A DNA stretch of 32,000 nt from Hyperthermus butylicus DSM 5456 (GTDB lineage Archaea; Thermoproteota; Thermoprotei_A; Sulfolobales; Pyrodictiaceae): assembly GCF_000015145.1 (NCBI RefSeq), contig NC_008818.1:1140001-1172000 (forward strand). Direction: 5' to 3'. The position numbers were made by a program, and so were the translations under genes. Below, one piece after another: positions 1 through 9,663 of this stretch. Position 1 is the first letter of the stretch. Every line of letters starts with the position of its first letter. Below the pieces are notes generated by a model, which did no database searches, was not told the origin of the DNA, and saw only the letters and a list, made by a program, of their open reading frames with translations.

Positions 1-1491
1 CCTATAGCTTACTTTAGCCTCACATACCCCTACATCTATAGGCCTTACCCTTACCACTCTAGGCTTAACCTCAAGCTTTACATGTTTTAGTATATTAAGC
101 CTAGCTTCAACGTCACCGATAACGAGTGTAGAGCTGGATTGGAGATTATGGTTAGCCGGAAAATACGTTCTTAGCGTTGTACCGGAAGCCTCATACCGTA
201 TAGGCTTAACGCATAAACTGTTACTACAAAGCAAAGGTAATGGCCCAACACCGCTATCACCACGTATCAAGGGATAATCTTCAATAACAACTTCAACAAG
301 CCCACTAACGCAACGCCCATCACTGAGGAAAAAGCAGCCGCCCTCAATTCTAAGATAGCGGGCGGTTTTAATGCGTGGGCCAGACATACAGCAGTCTATG
401 ACTTCTGCTCCATCCTCAACAGAAAGCCTAGTTAATATATCATGCCTAGTGGTAAGGTAGCTAGTGTATCCGTCGAAATCAATGACTATATATGATTCAG
501 TACCATTTGCAGCCTCGGCTATGACAAGCTTGTCATTATCATCTACATGAATTATATAGGGATGTACAACTAGTGTATTGTTACTACTGAGTAGTCCTAG
601 AAGTTTCATGGCAAGCCTCTCATTATCCACACCAAACACTTTTATCCCGTCACATACAACTACTCCATGACCTTTAACTGTTAAGAAATACTTTATATCT
701 CTACATGATGCAGCTGGCTCTACAAGACCACCACTATCGACCATGTATAGCATCCTGCTTGAAACGTCGTAGAGATACACATAGCCCTCACCGCTATATC
801 CTATCGGTCTTAAGTTATCATTTGATGCAGGCAGTTCCACAACACTACCCACAGGACTAACAATAGTCATATACTCATTATAATATAGCACAACTACGCC
901 AAGCCCCTCGGAAATCTTCTTGGGTTGCCTCCGGAGCTTAATGTGAGTATACGTTATCAGCGAGTCAAAGAGCATATATGTGTCATTTCCTCGACGGTAA
1001 ACAATTGAGAGAAGCCACGGACTCCTAACACTACCTATAACCTTTGAAAACCTAATATTATCAAAGATGTCACAATTAAACCCACGGTTATAGACGTATA
1101 ACTCGCCACCGAGGATGCGACGTGACATAGCTACTACAACATGTATACCACGTACAATACTACTCTTAGAACCCCCCATGCTTATTCGGCACTTCCCAAC
1201 AGGCGATAAAAACTCGTCAAAGCGTAGCTCTGTCAACCCAGCTGAGCCTATGTAAGCTAAGCTGCCCTCCATTCCAGCCTCGACGGGTAATGGTATAACC
1301 GCTACGCTATCATTACTTTCAAACACCTCCAAGAAGAGAGATGGCCCAATCTTGCTCACAACATACTGCTTTTCCCTAAATGCCCTGGCATAGCTACCAG
1401 CTAGAGGTATAATACTACGTAGCTTAATGTCGGTTCTAAACCTAGCAAACCTGCGCAAAATCACCGAGTGTACCCTAGTCACGCAACACAT
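1..1491 (-). CDS. hypothetical protein, partial (497 codons visible, C-terminus beyond left window edge)
   Basis: Own translation of the minus strand. ATG at 1491..1489 is preceded by an in-frame stop (plus-strand cta 1501..1503). I checked every plus-strand triplet from position 1 and found no tta/cta/tca in frame, so the frame is open to the edge. It is absent from the supplied track because it has no stop in the window. N-terminus MCCVTRVHSVILRRFARF...; beta-rich, no motif recognised. Hand-counted GC of sampled lines is about 40-45%, lower than the rest of the window. Confidence 0.6.
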   Translation of the reverse strand, partial: MCCVTRVHSVILRRFARFRTDIKLRSIIPLAGSYARAFREKQYVVSKIGPSLFLEVFESNDSVAVIPLPVEAGMEGSLAYIGSAGLTELRFDEFLSPVGKCRISMGGSKSSIVRGIHVVVAMSRRILGGELYVYNRGFNCDIFDNIRFSKVIGSVRSPWLLSIVYRRGNDTYMLFDSLITYTHIKLRRQPKKISEGLGVVVLYYNEYMTIVSPVGSVVELPASNDNLRPIGYSGEGYVYLYDVSSRMLYMVDSGGLVEPAASCRDIKYFLTVKGHGVVVCDGIKVFGVDNERLAMKLLGLLSSNNTLVVHPYIIHVDDNDKLVIAEAANGTESYIVIDFDGYTSYLTTRHDILTRLSVEDGAEVIDCCMSGPRIKTARYLRIEGGCFFLSDGRCVSGLVEVVIEDYPLIRGDSGVGPLPLLCSNSLCVKPIRYEASGTTLRTYFPANHNLQSSSTLVIGDVEARLNILKHVKLEVKPRVVRVRPIDVGVCEAKVSYR

Positions 1492-1601
1492 AGGAGAGCA
1501 CTAAGTATCTGTGTTGAGCGAAACTATACACATTGAATACAGTAAGCTGGGGGGCAACTAGGTTGCCGTGATGAGGCTAAAGTTGAAGGAAATACAGGTT
1601 G

Positions 1602-1624
1602 CTTGTTTAAAAAACAAAAACAAG
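1602..1624 (-). terminator. oligo-T tract / AT hairpin downstream of the 1656..2543 gene
   Basis: The minus strand reads CTTGTTTTTGTTTTTTAAACAAG (T5 and T6 runs, arms CTTGTTT/AAACAAG), about 32 nt after the stop at 1656. Archaeal termination typically occurs at oligo-T runs. Confidence 0.4.
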
Positions 1625-1655
1625 TAATTAGCGTATGGAGCTATTATTGCCTTGG

Positions 1656-2543
1656 TTAGCCCTGCTTTGTGAAGCCAAATGTTAGGTTGAATAGCTCGTT
1701 GAACTCCTTTTGTATCTCTTCGCGCTTCTCCTTGACGGACTTCACTACTGCCTCGAGCGCTGTATAGGCTCTGCTTGGTATCTTGCCGCGGAACCAGCTT
1801 ACATCATTAGCGCCAACACCAAGCTTGTCGTACTTTAGCCCGGTTAGTGGGTCCTCCTTCCTCTCATTAATTATGTGGTCCAGCTCGAGTACTAGCGTGC
1901 CGCGAGCGAGCATGTAGTCGCCGTACGGGTCGACTAGCTTTAGTACCTGCTTCTTTATCTTGCTTAGGATCCTAATGCCTAAGATTTTGTCTGGCGATGG
2001 CCTTATCTTAGCAACTTGTAGTGCACCAAGTAGGGCAACTATGCCGCTTAGATCGCTAAATGGCTCATACCATGGCCGACCCCTGCCTCCAGCAAGCATT
2101 TGCTCAGCTGTGGCCCTAAGCAGTACCTGCCCGCTAAGCACCATGTTGTAGGCGTAAGCCTTCTTGAACTTCTCGTCAAGAGCTATGTCTATAATGCTCT
2201 CTGCGTTGCTTCCAACGAATAGTACGTGGCGTGCAGGTGTGTCAAATACTACGCCCATGTAGAAGCCGAGCATTGTTGCTGCTTCAGGTCTGCCGGCCGC
2301 CTTGAATACCAGGTCGCCCAGCAAGGTCCTCTGCAGAGCAACATCATTGAGCCTCCTTGGAGCCTCGCTATACGCGATAACCTTTACCAGGCCGAAGCTC
2401 TGTAACATTCTTAGGTAGTAGAGTAGGTCGTTCATACCAAAGTTCTTTAGTGCAACATACTTCTCGCCTAGCATCTCAACACGTACAATGGCCGCCAACA
2501 TTATCGCTAATCCTCTTAGGCTCCTGGCCTGGCTCAGCAGCAC
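1656..2543 (-). CDS. hypothetical protein (295-aa ORF from GTG 2543; alternative starts ATG 2501 or ATG 2474)
   Basis: Long ORF in the track with protein-like, largely helical sequence and no recognisable motif. Its 5' end overlaps the upstream small ORF out of frame. ATG 2474 lies 1 nt after that ORF's TGA (TGAGATG), a typical coupled junction. Confidence 0.6.
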   Translation of the reverse strand: MLLSQARSLRGLAIMLAAIVRVEMLGEKYVALKNFGMNDLLYYLRMLQSFGLVKVIAYSEAPRRLNDVALQRTLLGDLVFKAAGRPEAATMLGFYMGVVFDTPARHVLFVGSNAESIIDIALDEKFKKAYAYNMVLSGQVLLRATAEQMLAGGRGRPWYEPFSDLSGIVALLGALQVAKIRPSPDKILGIRILSKIKKQVLKLVDPYGDYMLARGTLVLELDHIINERKEDPLTGLKYDKLGVGANDVSWFRGKIPSRAYTALEAVVKSVKEKREEIQKEFNELFNLTFGFTKQG

Positions 2544-2670
2544 CTGCCAGCATGTCCTTATAGAACTCTATGAGACCCGAAATGCCGCCAAGCTTACCCT
2601 GAGCTGCAGCTGCCAGCTCCTTAAACCTCCTTGGAACCCTAGCTTCTAGAGTCAGGGGTGGTAACAGCAT
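2476..2670 (-). CDS. small hypothetical protein (64 aa from ATG 2670; ORF extends to 2694)
   Basis: ORF track 2476..2694. The internal ATG at 2670 is preceded by GGTGGGAG (SD-like). A TATA-like box lies at 2712..2720. No family recognised. It could instead be the N-terminal part of the downstream gene (see findings). Confidence 0.35.
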   Translation of the reverse strand: MLLPPLTLEARVPRRFKELAAAAQGKLGGISGLIEFYKDMLAGAAEPGQEPKRISDNVGGHCTC

Positions 2671-2711
2671 ACTCCCACCACTCCACGTACACACAGCTAT
2701 GGAGGCCGGAG

Positions 2712-2720
2712 TTAAAAATT
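2712..2720 (-). promoter_or_regulatory. TATA-like box (minus strand AATTTTTAA) upstream of the 2670/2694 start
   Basis: AT-rich octamer about 42-50 nt upstream of ATG 2670 and about 20 nt upstream of ATG 2694. Consistent with a short SD-containing leader. Confidence 0.3.
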
Positions 2721-3025
2721 GTCCCCTTAAACACGCTATGCTCCGAATCCCCCTCTAGCATGTTGAACATAGTACTACCTACAGTGAACGGACATGACAC
2801 TACTGGATATGGCTAAAGCAAGCAATACAGTTCACTACAACGCCGCAACCCTCAATCAAAATTAAGAATGCCTATGAGCAAAAACACCTGCATCTACAGT
2901 CAAGCCCAGCCACTTACAACACGTGACCACACCGATAAAACCCATAGACACCACAATCCTAACAGAATAAAGTTGATAACCCCCATATATCACTTAGAAA
3001 CCGACTAACATGGCCGCCGGTGCAG

Positions 3026-3103
<78 letters not shown>

Positions 3104-3216
3104 CAATCCCTTCCCTCTCCCAATCCTCCAACACGAATAACTCAAACCCATCTGGCTACATTATCAACATGAGGTATGGATAGAAGGAAGAGGAGCAACC
3201 CAAAATGCTTGTGGGG

Positions 3217-3223
3217 AAAAAAA
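3217..3223 (-). terminator. T7 tract downstream of cren7
   Basis: Plus-strand A7 (3217..3223) is T7 on the minus strand, about 38 nt after the cren7 stop. Confidence 0.45.
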
Positions 3224-3260
3224 TACTGGGGGAGAAGAAGATCTACATCACTCCCTAGGC

Positions 3261-3449
3261 TTAGCTGCAGATTGGGTAGTCGTCTGGTACCTTGGCTCTG
3301 AAGTACTTGCCTGTTTCGGGGCTCTTGAATAGGCCTATCTTGACGCCCTTCCTACCCCTGGGTGCTAGCTGCCACACCTTGATTGGTACCAGCTCTACCT
3401 CCTTACCAGTAGTAGGGTCACGAACCTTAACAGGCTTCTCACACGCCAA
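3261..3449 (-). CDS. cren7: chromatin protein Cren7 (62 aa from TTG 3449; ORF extends to ATG 3527)
   Basis: [56 protein letters not shown] closely matches my recollection of the roughly 60-aa Sulfolobus Cren7 sequence. The 26-residue N-terminal extension of the 88-aa ORF has no counterpart in Cren7. TTG 3449 (or GTG 3464) is preceded by GGGGTG. The start remains uncertain. Confidence 0.9.
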   Translation of the reverse strand: MACEKPVKVRDPTTGKEVELVPIKVWQLAPRGRKGVKIGLFKSPETGKYFRAKVPDDYPICS

Positions 3450-3715
3450 CCCAACACACCCCACTGCTCGCTGTTCCAGGAATGTAGTTGTGGGCTTAGG
3501 TATAGTATGACGATATTGCCACAACATATCGGCGTAATACCTTATTGCTATACGCTATAACGGTATTTCGTTATGGCCAGGGTGCTACCACGTATCCGAG
3601 AACATTTCCTCCACGAAAGCCCCCTTCAGTGTAGTACACTTAGAATGTGGGCCAGGTAGCGTTAAATTGATAAACACCAGTACCCTAACTTCCTACCACA
3701 ATACATGGATGTGTC

Positions 3716-3792
3716 GGGCCCGTAGCTCAGCCCGGTAGAGCGCCCGGCTCATAACCGGGTGGTCGGGGGTTCAAATCCCCCCGGGCCCACCA
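3716..3792 (+). tRNA. tRNA with CAT anticodon (elongator Met or Ile2; not initiator), CCA encoded
   Basis: Cloverleaf: GGGCCCG/CGGGCCC acceptor, CCCGG-CTCATAA-CCGGG anticodon arm, GGGGG-TTCAAAT-CCCCC T-arm. G1:C72 and an anticodon stem lacking GGG/CCC at 29-31/39-41 argue against an initiator. Confidence 0.9.
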
Positions 3793-3826
3793 CCCTCCTC
3801 CTCAGCTGGCTACAGGCGGTGAATCC

Positions 3827-4360
3827 TTGGTTTGCAATAGTGGGTTACAGCATGATCTCCTCTGGACAATTCCACCACTATTCTACACGTATACGAGGCA
3901 TTGTATCCTAGTCCAGGATCTAGCGAAACTGCTAGGAGTGCCAGCAAAGACTGCAAAATCGGTTATGTGGGCACTAGCGAGACGTGGGCTCGTTGAGAGG
4001 GCTGAGTGCGGCTATACCATTACGTGCCGCAAGATGCTCGATTGGATAGAGGTTGTCGCTAGGTCGAGTAATAAATTTGTGGCATACGGCAATGGAGTTA
4101 TTGTACTCAGCTATATTAGATCGAGGGGTATACGTGCATACCAAATACCCATAAATCTGGCTTGCAGAGTACAAGCTGAGCTTGAGAATGCTGGCTTAGA
4201 TGCTGCACAATGTTGGCACATGAAGAACTGTATACGCATGATAGCTGAAAAGCTGGGAGTACATGCTAAAACGGTATCACTAGCATTGCGCAGCCTAGCA
4301 CTACTATCATGCCCCAGCACGATATGCCCAATAACTTGCAGCGAATATCAAGGTAATTAA
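3827..4360 (+). CDS. hypothetical protein with two helix-turn-helix-like segments
   Basis: 177-aa ORF (TTG start). Segments VQDLAKLLGVPAKTAKSVMWALARRGLV and IRMIAEKLGVHAKTVSLALRSLA resemble wHTH recognition modules. GC is lower than in neighbours. It sits between two tRNA genes. Confidence 0.5.
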   Translation: MVCNSGLQHDLLWTIPPLFYTYTRHCILVQDLAKLLGVPAKTAKSVMWALARRGLVERAECGYTITCRKMLDWIEVVARSSNKFVAYGNGVIVLSYIRSRGIRAYQIPINLACRVQAELENAGLDAAQCWHMKNCIRMIAEKLGVHAKTVSLALRSLALLSCPSTICPITCSEYQGN

Positions 4361-4456
4361 CCCCCAACCATAACCTCCACACGTGGATGAACCCCCGGCA
4401 GACCCGCCCACCGGGGCGGGGATGAGCGGCGTGGTGGGCCCAGAGATGAATAGGGT

Positions 4457-4588
4457 GGGCCCGTAGCTCAGCCAGGCAGAGCGCCGGGCTCCAGACCGGC
4501 ACCTCCGGTCCAGGCGCCGGGTCTGTCGAAAACGGGATGAGAGGGAGAGACCCGGAGGTCGGGGGTTCAAATCCCCCCGGGCCCACCA
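4457..4588 (+). tRNA. tRNA-Trp (CCA) with 55-nt intron, CCA encoded
   Basis: Exon 1 is GGGCCCGTAGCTCAGCCAGGCAGAGCGCCGGGCTCCAG. Exon 2 is ACCCGGAGGTCGGGGGTTCAAATCCCCCCGGGCCCA plus CCA. The spliced length is 74 nt with a canonical cloverleaf, and the intron is at the canonical 37/38 position. Confidence 0.9.
4495..4549 (+). other. tRNA-Trp intron (boundary ambiguous by 1 nt)
   Basis: This is the sequence between G37 (4494) and A38 (4550). It contains ACCTCCGG and CCGGGTCTG, which are complementary to exon sequence around the anticodon arm. Confidence 0.8.
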
Positions 4589-4692
4589 CGCACCCCTAAC
4601 ACACTACTCCCTAGTTGTCAGCTCCTGTCTCACACAGAATCCGACAGCGTAATCCTCCCTCTGTATTGTTTACAATTGCTTACTGCTTTTAG

Positions 4693-6009
<1,317 letters not shown>

Positions 6010-6191
6010 GGCTGTTGTCAATGCTCTCTAACCAACCACTTGGGGGCTGTGACGCCTTACAGCCGAGCCGAGAGACTATAACTCTATGAGGAGTTTCGCC
6101 CCTCGGGAGCCCCCTACATGCCTATGAAGAGTACGCCAGCGACCGACGCCTCTAATAGCATTGATGGGGAGTGACTTGGCTCTGAGGCCCT

Positions 6192-6989
6192 TTACCTTCC
6201 ACCAACTTCTCCCACGAACTTCCATGTCCTCCTCGTAGCGTCAAAGTATATGAGGCCAGCCTCCTTGAGCTTTTTGAACAAGGCGTACTGCTGCTCTGTA
6301 AGCAGCAGTTTCACCTCGTCATCGTTTGCAGTAGGCAACTTCTCAACCTTATCCCTAAAGTTTTCCCAGAATTCGGGGTCAACAGCAACCCTTTCCCCTC
6401 CAACATCAAGTATTATTGCACCTTCACGGCGTAACCTTTCAAAGAATGCATCCCTATCCCGCAGCCACTGCACCTCGTGCTCAAATACTACACCCTGCTC
6501 TCTAAGCCTCTCAATAGCTGAGCGGCGGCGTAGTTGCCTAGCAACTGTTTGTTCACGGCGCTCGGTAACCATTCTAGTCTGCTGAAGGTTCTGCAGCGCT
6601 TCGCGTAGCGATCGTGTCTCATCCTCTACACTCTTAATCCTAACCTCGAGTTGTTCAATTCTCTCAATAACCTCTGCAAGCCTTGCAGACAACTGGTCTA
6701 CCTTAGCGGTCCACGGGTTTACTAGGTCCTGCAGCCTCCTCTCAAGCCTAGCAACGAGTTTATCAACATTAAGTCCAGAGCCTAGCCTTGAAAGCTTCTC
6801 TTCAACTATGCGCTCAACATCAGTTAGTGTAACCCTTATACTCTCCTCCTTGTACCCAAGCTCGCGGAACACTATGTCGCGGAGATAGTCAGAGACTAGG
6901 CTGTAGCCGAGCCGCCTAGCCTTCCTTTCAAGTTCTCGGTATATGTCGTCTGGAAGGCGTAGGGCAACTATGCGTGCCACACTATCCAC
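6192..6989 (-). CDS. ribbon-helix-helix (CopG-like) plus coiled-coil protein, function unknown
   Basis: The N-terminal RIVALRLPDDIYRELERKARRLGYSLVSDYLRDIV fits an RHH fold. A long heptad-like region follows (RLQDL...IERIEQLEVRIKSVEDETRSLREALQNLQ), then a globular C-terminal domain. GTG start, with a TATA-like ATAAATC about 25-30 nt upstream. Confidence 0.6.
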   Translation of the reverse strand: MDSVARIVALRLPDDIYRELERKARRLGYSLVSDYLRDIVFRELGYKEESIRVTLTDVERIVEEKLSRLGSGLNVDKLVARLERRLQDLVNPWTAKVDQLSARLAEVIERIEQLEVRIKSVEDETRSLREALQNLQQTRMVTERREQTVARQLRRRSAIERLREQGVVFEHEVQWLRDRDAFFERLRREGAIILDVGGERVAVDPEFWENFRDKVEKLPTANDDEVKLLLTEQQYALFKKLKEAGLIYFDATRRTWKFVGEVGGR

Positions 6990-7168
6990 CTACACTGCTA
7001 CTCAAGTAGAATGATTTATGCTGGTAACTCCTATTATTTGGGTTCACACTGTTGACTAACTCGGGCTATGCTGAGGGCTGTACTCGCCGAAACCCGGGGA
7101 TGTGGACGCCTTTAAGTACTGAGCCCCTACCACCTCCCGCGCGGCTAAGTCTCTAAGCGGGTGAAAGC

Positions 7169-7646
7169 ATGACGGACAACATCATAGTCGTAATCCACGA
7201 TGTGTCAAGCGCACAAAGACTAATTGACTTCGCAAAACTAGTCTATGGACTAGGACTCCGTGTACTCATAGCCACGAAAGTCTATGGGAGCTGCCGCTTC
7301 AAGCGGCATACCCGAGGTTGCAAGGTTAGCGCTAAAGCTTGGAGCAAGCTTTACAATACTAGGCACAGTCAAGGAGGCCATAGAGGTGTTTAAGCCAGAC
7401 CACGTTGTCGTAGTCTCACGCGACTATGGCGAGCCCGTGGTGCCCGAGGAGTATGCATCAAAACTGCTAGAGAGGAAGGGTAGGATCATGCTTGTATTTG
7501 GTGGCATAGACCCGGCGCCCTCAAAAGACGTTGCAGGACTAGGAGATGCCATCTACCCGGCAAATACACGGTCCCGTCTTGGTCCTATCGCCGAAGCAGC
7601 ATTAATACTGTATCCTATTGCAAGGATTTCTCAAGGTACCGCCTAA
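7169..7646 (+). pseudogene. SPOUT-fold-like (DUF531-like) gene split by a +1 frameshift near 7286..7290
   Basis: ORF 7169..7393 (MTDNIIVVIHDVSSAQRLIDFAKLVYGLGLRVLIATKVYG, then junk) and ORF 7284..7646 (MGAAASSGIPEVARLALKLG...GGIDPAPS...[14 protein letters not shown]) together read as one continuous alpha/beta domain. The frames differ by one nt around the GGG run at 7286..7288. ATG 7169 has a good SD (GGGTGA). The family call is tentative. Confidence 0.55.
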
Positions 7647-8580
7647 CCTCCCATGCTATAGCCTCAGCCAGCGGTACCGGTACAGCCTCCCCAACCTGGT
7701 TGTATTGCTCGTCGCGGCCACCCAGAAAGACATGATTATCAGGGAACCCCATTAGCCTAGCTTGTTCTCTGACGGTGAGGAATCGATCCTCATAGGGGTG
7801 TATGAAGCGGCTTGAGCCGAGTACCGTTGGAGCATGCCTCCTAGGGTCAAGCCTTATGAGGTTTGGCAGTCGCTTACCCTCAGCACCCTCGTAGTATATG
7901 AGAGCTTGCCCCCAGCGGAGCCTTGCGATACGCTTAACCTTCCTAGGACTCATACTTGGAGGCTCATGGTTTAGCACTATTTCAGCTCCAGGCTCGGGGA
8001 GCCCCCTTAGGGCTTCTGCAACTGTTATCCTCCTACGGTGGGGTCTCGGCTTGATGCGTATGTTTGATATGAATACTCTTAGACGATGACTCGGTGTGCC
8101 ATAGTCTTCCGCTTTGAGCAGGTTAAAGTATATTCGGTTGTAGCCAGCCTCACGGAATATCTTTTCAAGCTCATCCTTTACGTCCATAATTGCCGGCACG
8201 TTCTCCATAACGAATACCTTCGGCTTAAGCTCCCCGACTATCCGGGCAAAGTGGAGTACAAGCTGACCCGCAGGATCCCGGTAGAGCCTGTCTATAGGAT
8301 CCTTCATGCGCCTTGGGTTGGCACCGGTATAGGGCTCACAGGGAGGGCTACCTATGACCACATCCACGGGCCCTACGAGACTCTCAATGAGCTTACCCGT
8401 AACTTCCTGGATGTCCATGGCCAGGGCTACAGCCTCGGGGAAGTTGGCCTTGAAGCTCCTTATGGCGGCCGGATTGTTGTCTACACCAAGTAGTATACGG
8501 AAGCCAGCCCTCCTAAACCCCTCTGCAAAGCCTCCAGCACCAGAAAATAGGTCAACTAGCCTTAGCTCCACCAAGCTCAT
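7615..8580 (-). CDS. cytosine-5 methyltransferase family protein (orphan, no adjacent endonuclease)
   Basis: C5-MTase motifs in canonical order: [20 protein letters not shown] (catalytic Cys followed by Glu instead of the usual Gln), [43 protein letters not shown]. The small variable region gives a 321-aa protein. Confidence 0.9.
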
Positions 8581-9073
8581 CCTCCAACATCTTTATGTAC
8601 TGCTTGAGAATCTGTATTCTTAGTTCACGCTCCTCATCAAGAACAAGCATTGAGCCGCAACGCGGACATATGAACTCGTGGTCGAGCGCCTCTTCAAACG
8701 TATACCTTGTCCCATCACGTGGGCACACATAGTAATGAACGGACTCCTCTTTCTCTAGTAGGGTTCGGAGCTTCTCATGAGCTGCGCGCTTCCTAGACTC
8801 TATTATCGATGGCAATCCCTCATAGTTTATTCTCCAGTAGAATACGAGCTTGTTTTTCTGCGGATGTTTCTGCCTACGATAGACCACAAGGCCCTTTTCA
8901 GCCATGCTATTAAGTGCTCTCCTTACAACATTTAGCTTTAACCCTGTCTTAGTAGCTATATCAGCCTCTGATAGTTCTTCCCCAGCCTCGTAAAGGGCTT
9001 CAAAAACCTTTCTTGCATCACTGTCTACAAGCTTTTCGACAAATGTGAAGAGCTTCTCAATCTCGCTACTCAT
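8552..9073 (-). CDS. tfe: transcription factor E, alpha subunit (TFIIE-alpha homologue)
   Basis: N-terminal winged helix ([28 protein letters not shown]) followed by a zinc ribbon (YYVCPRDG...FICPRCGS). The first knuckle is CxxD rather than CxxC. The 173-aa length is typical. Confidence 0.85.
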
Positions 9074-9099
9074 TCCTAGGCCCCCCTTATGGTTAAATA

Positions 9100-9663
9100 T
9101 CAGGCTTCTCGGCTTACTACCTTTTTGCCCCTGGCAGACGGAACTATGCGTAGTTTTGCTCTAGGAAAGTCTATGTAGAGTTCCTTACCCTCATAAAGCT
9201 TGTGGAGAAATATTGCTAGAGCTGCAACTTCGCTGTGAGGCTGATGTCCAATCGCAACATTGTAGTCGGCATACTCGTAGAAGAATGGAGGCACCTTTTC
9301 GGCTCCGACGATTATGAGTTTAGGTTTACTGCTACGTTTAATCTCCTCTATAACGTCGTCTACGTGGAGTCCATACATGGTTAGGTGTATGACTTCGCCT
9401 CCAGCCCGCTTCCATTCTAGCACATAGCGTCTACTGTTGACACCACAAGCTAACTCCATGCTGCCGCCCCAGCGGTCGATTACATCTTTCAGCGATTCCA
9501 TTACCTTCTCGTCACATGTATCACCTAAAATGAATCCATTAGCGCCAAAAGCTCTAGCTACAAGCCCTACATGTGTAGTAATCCTCTTATCTCGTTCGGG
9601 TCTGTGACCTATCCTCAACACGTAGACCCTTTCGTACCTGCTAGCAGGGTGGCTATACGACAT
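9100..9663 (-). CDS. trm56: tRNA (cytidine56-2'-O)-methyltransferase aTrm56
   Basis: [27 protein letters not shown] is the hallmark N-terminal motif of the archaeal SPOUT enzyme Trm56. 187 aa. Confidence 0.85.

Noticed and set aside
1568-1574. Perfect C box GTGATGA after a GGCAAC-TAG-GTTGCC hairpin, as a possible C/D sRNA
   Set aside because: No D or D' box (CTGA) follows within 120 nt on that strand. An isolated heptamer is expected by chance.
2523-2532. Tandem pentanucleotide CCTGG CCTGG (minus strand CCAGGCCAGG) as the cause of a frameshift between ORFs 2476..2694 and 1656..2543
   Set aside because: I tested it by deleting one copy in silico. The upstream frame then hits TAA immediately (GAG CCA GGA GCC TAA) rather than joining the downstream frame.
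4266-4589. Track ORFs 4266..4589 and 4307..4570 (minus), and likewise 31317..31505 (minus)
   Set aside because: They run antisense through tRNA-Trp and tRNA-Pro and their GC-rich flanks. The sequences are Pro/Gly/Arg-rich noise, and the tRNA cloverleaves fully explain these regions.
3761-4589. The 33-nt direct repeat (tRNA 3' halves) as attL/attR of an integrated element
   Set aside because: There is no integrase or other mobile-element gene between or beside the repeats, and only about 660 bp is enclosed. The identity is equally explained by conserved GC-rich T-arm and acceptor sequences. It is kept only as a low-priority finding.
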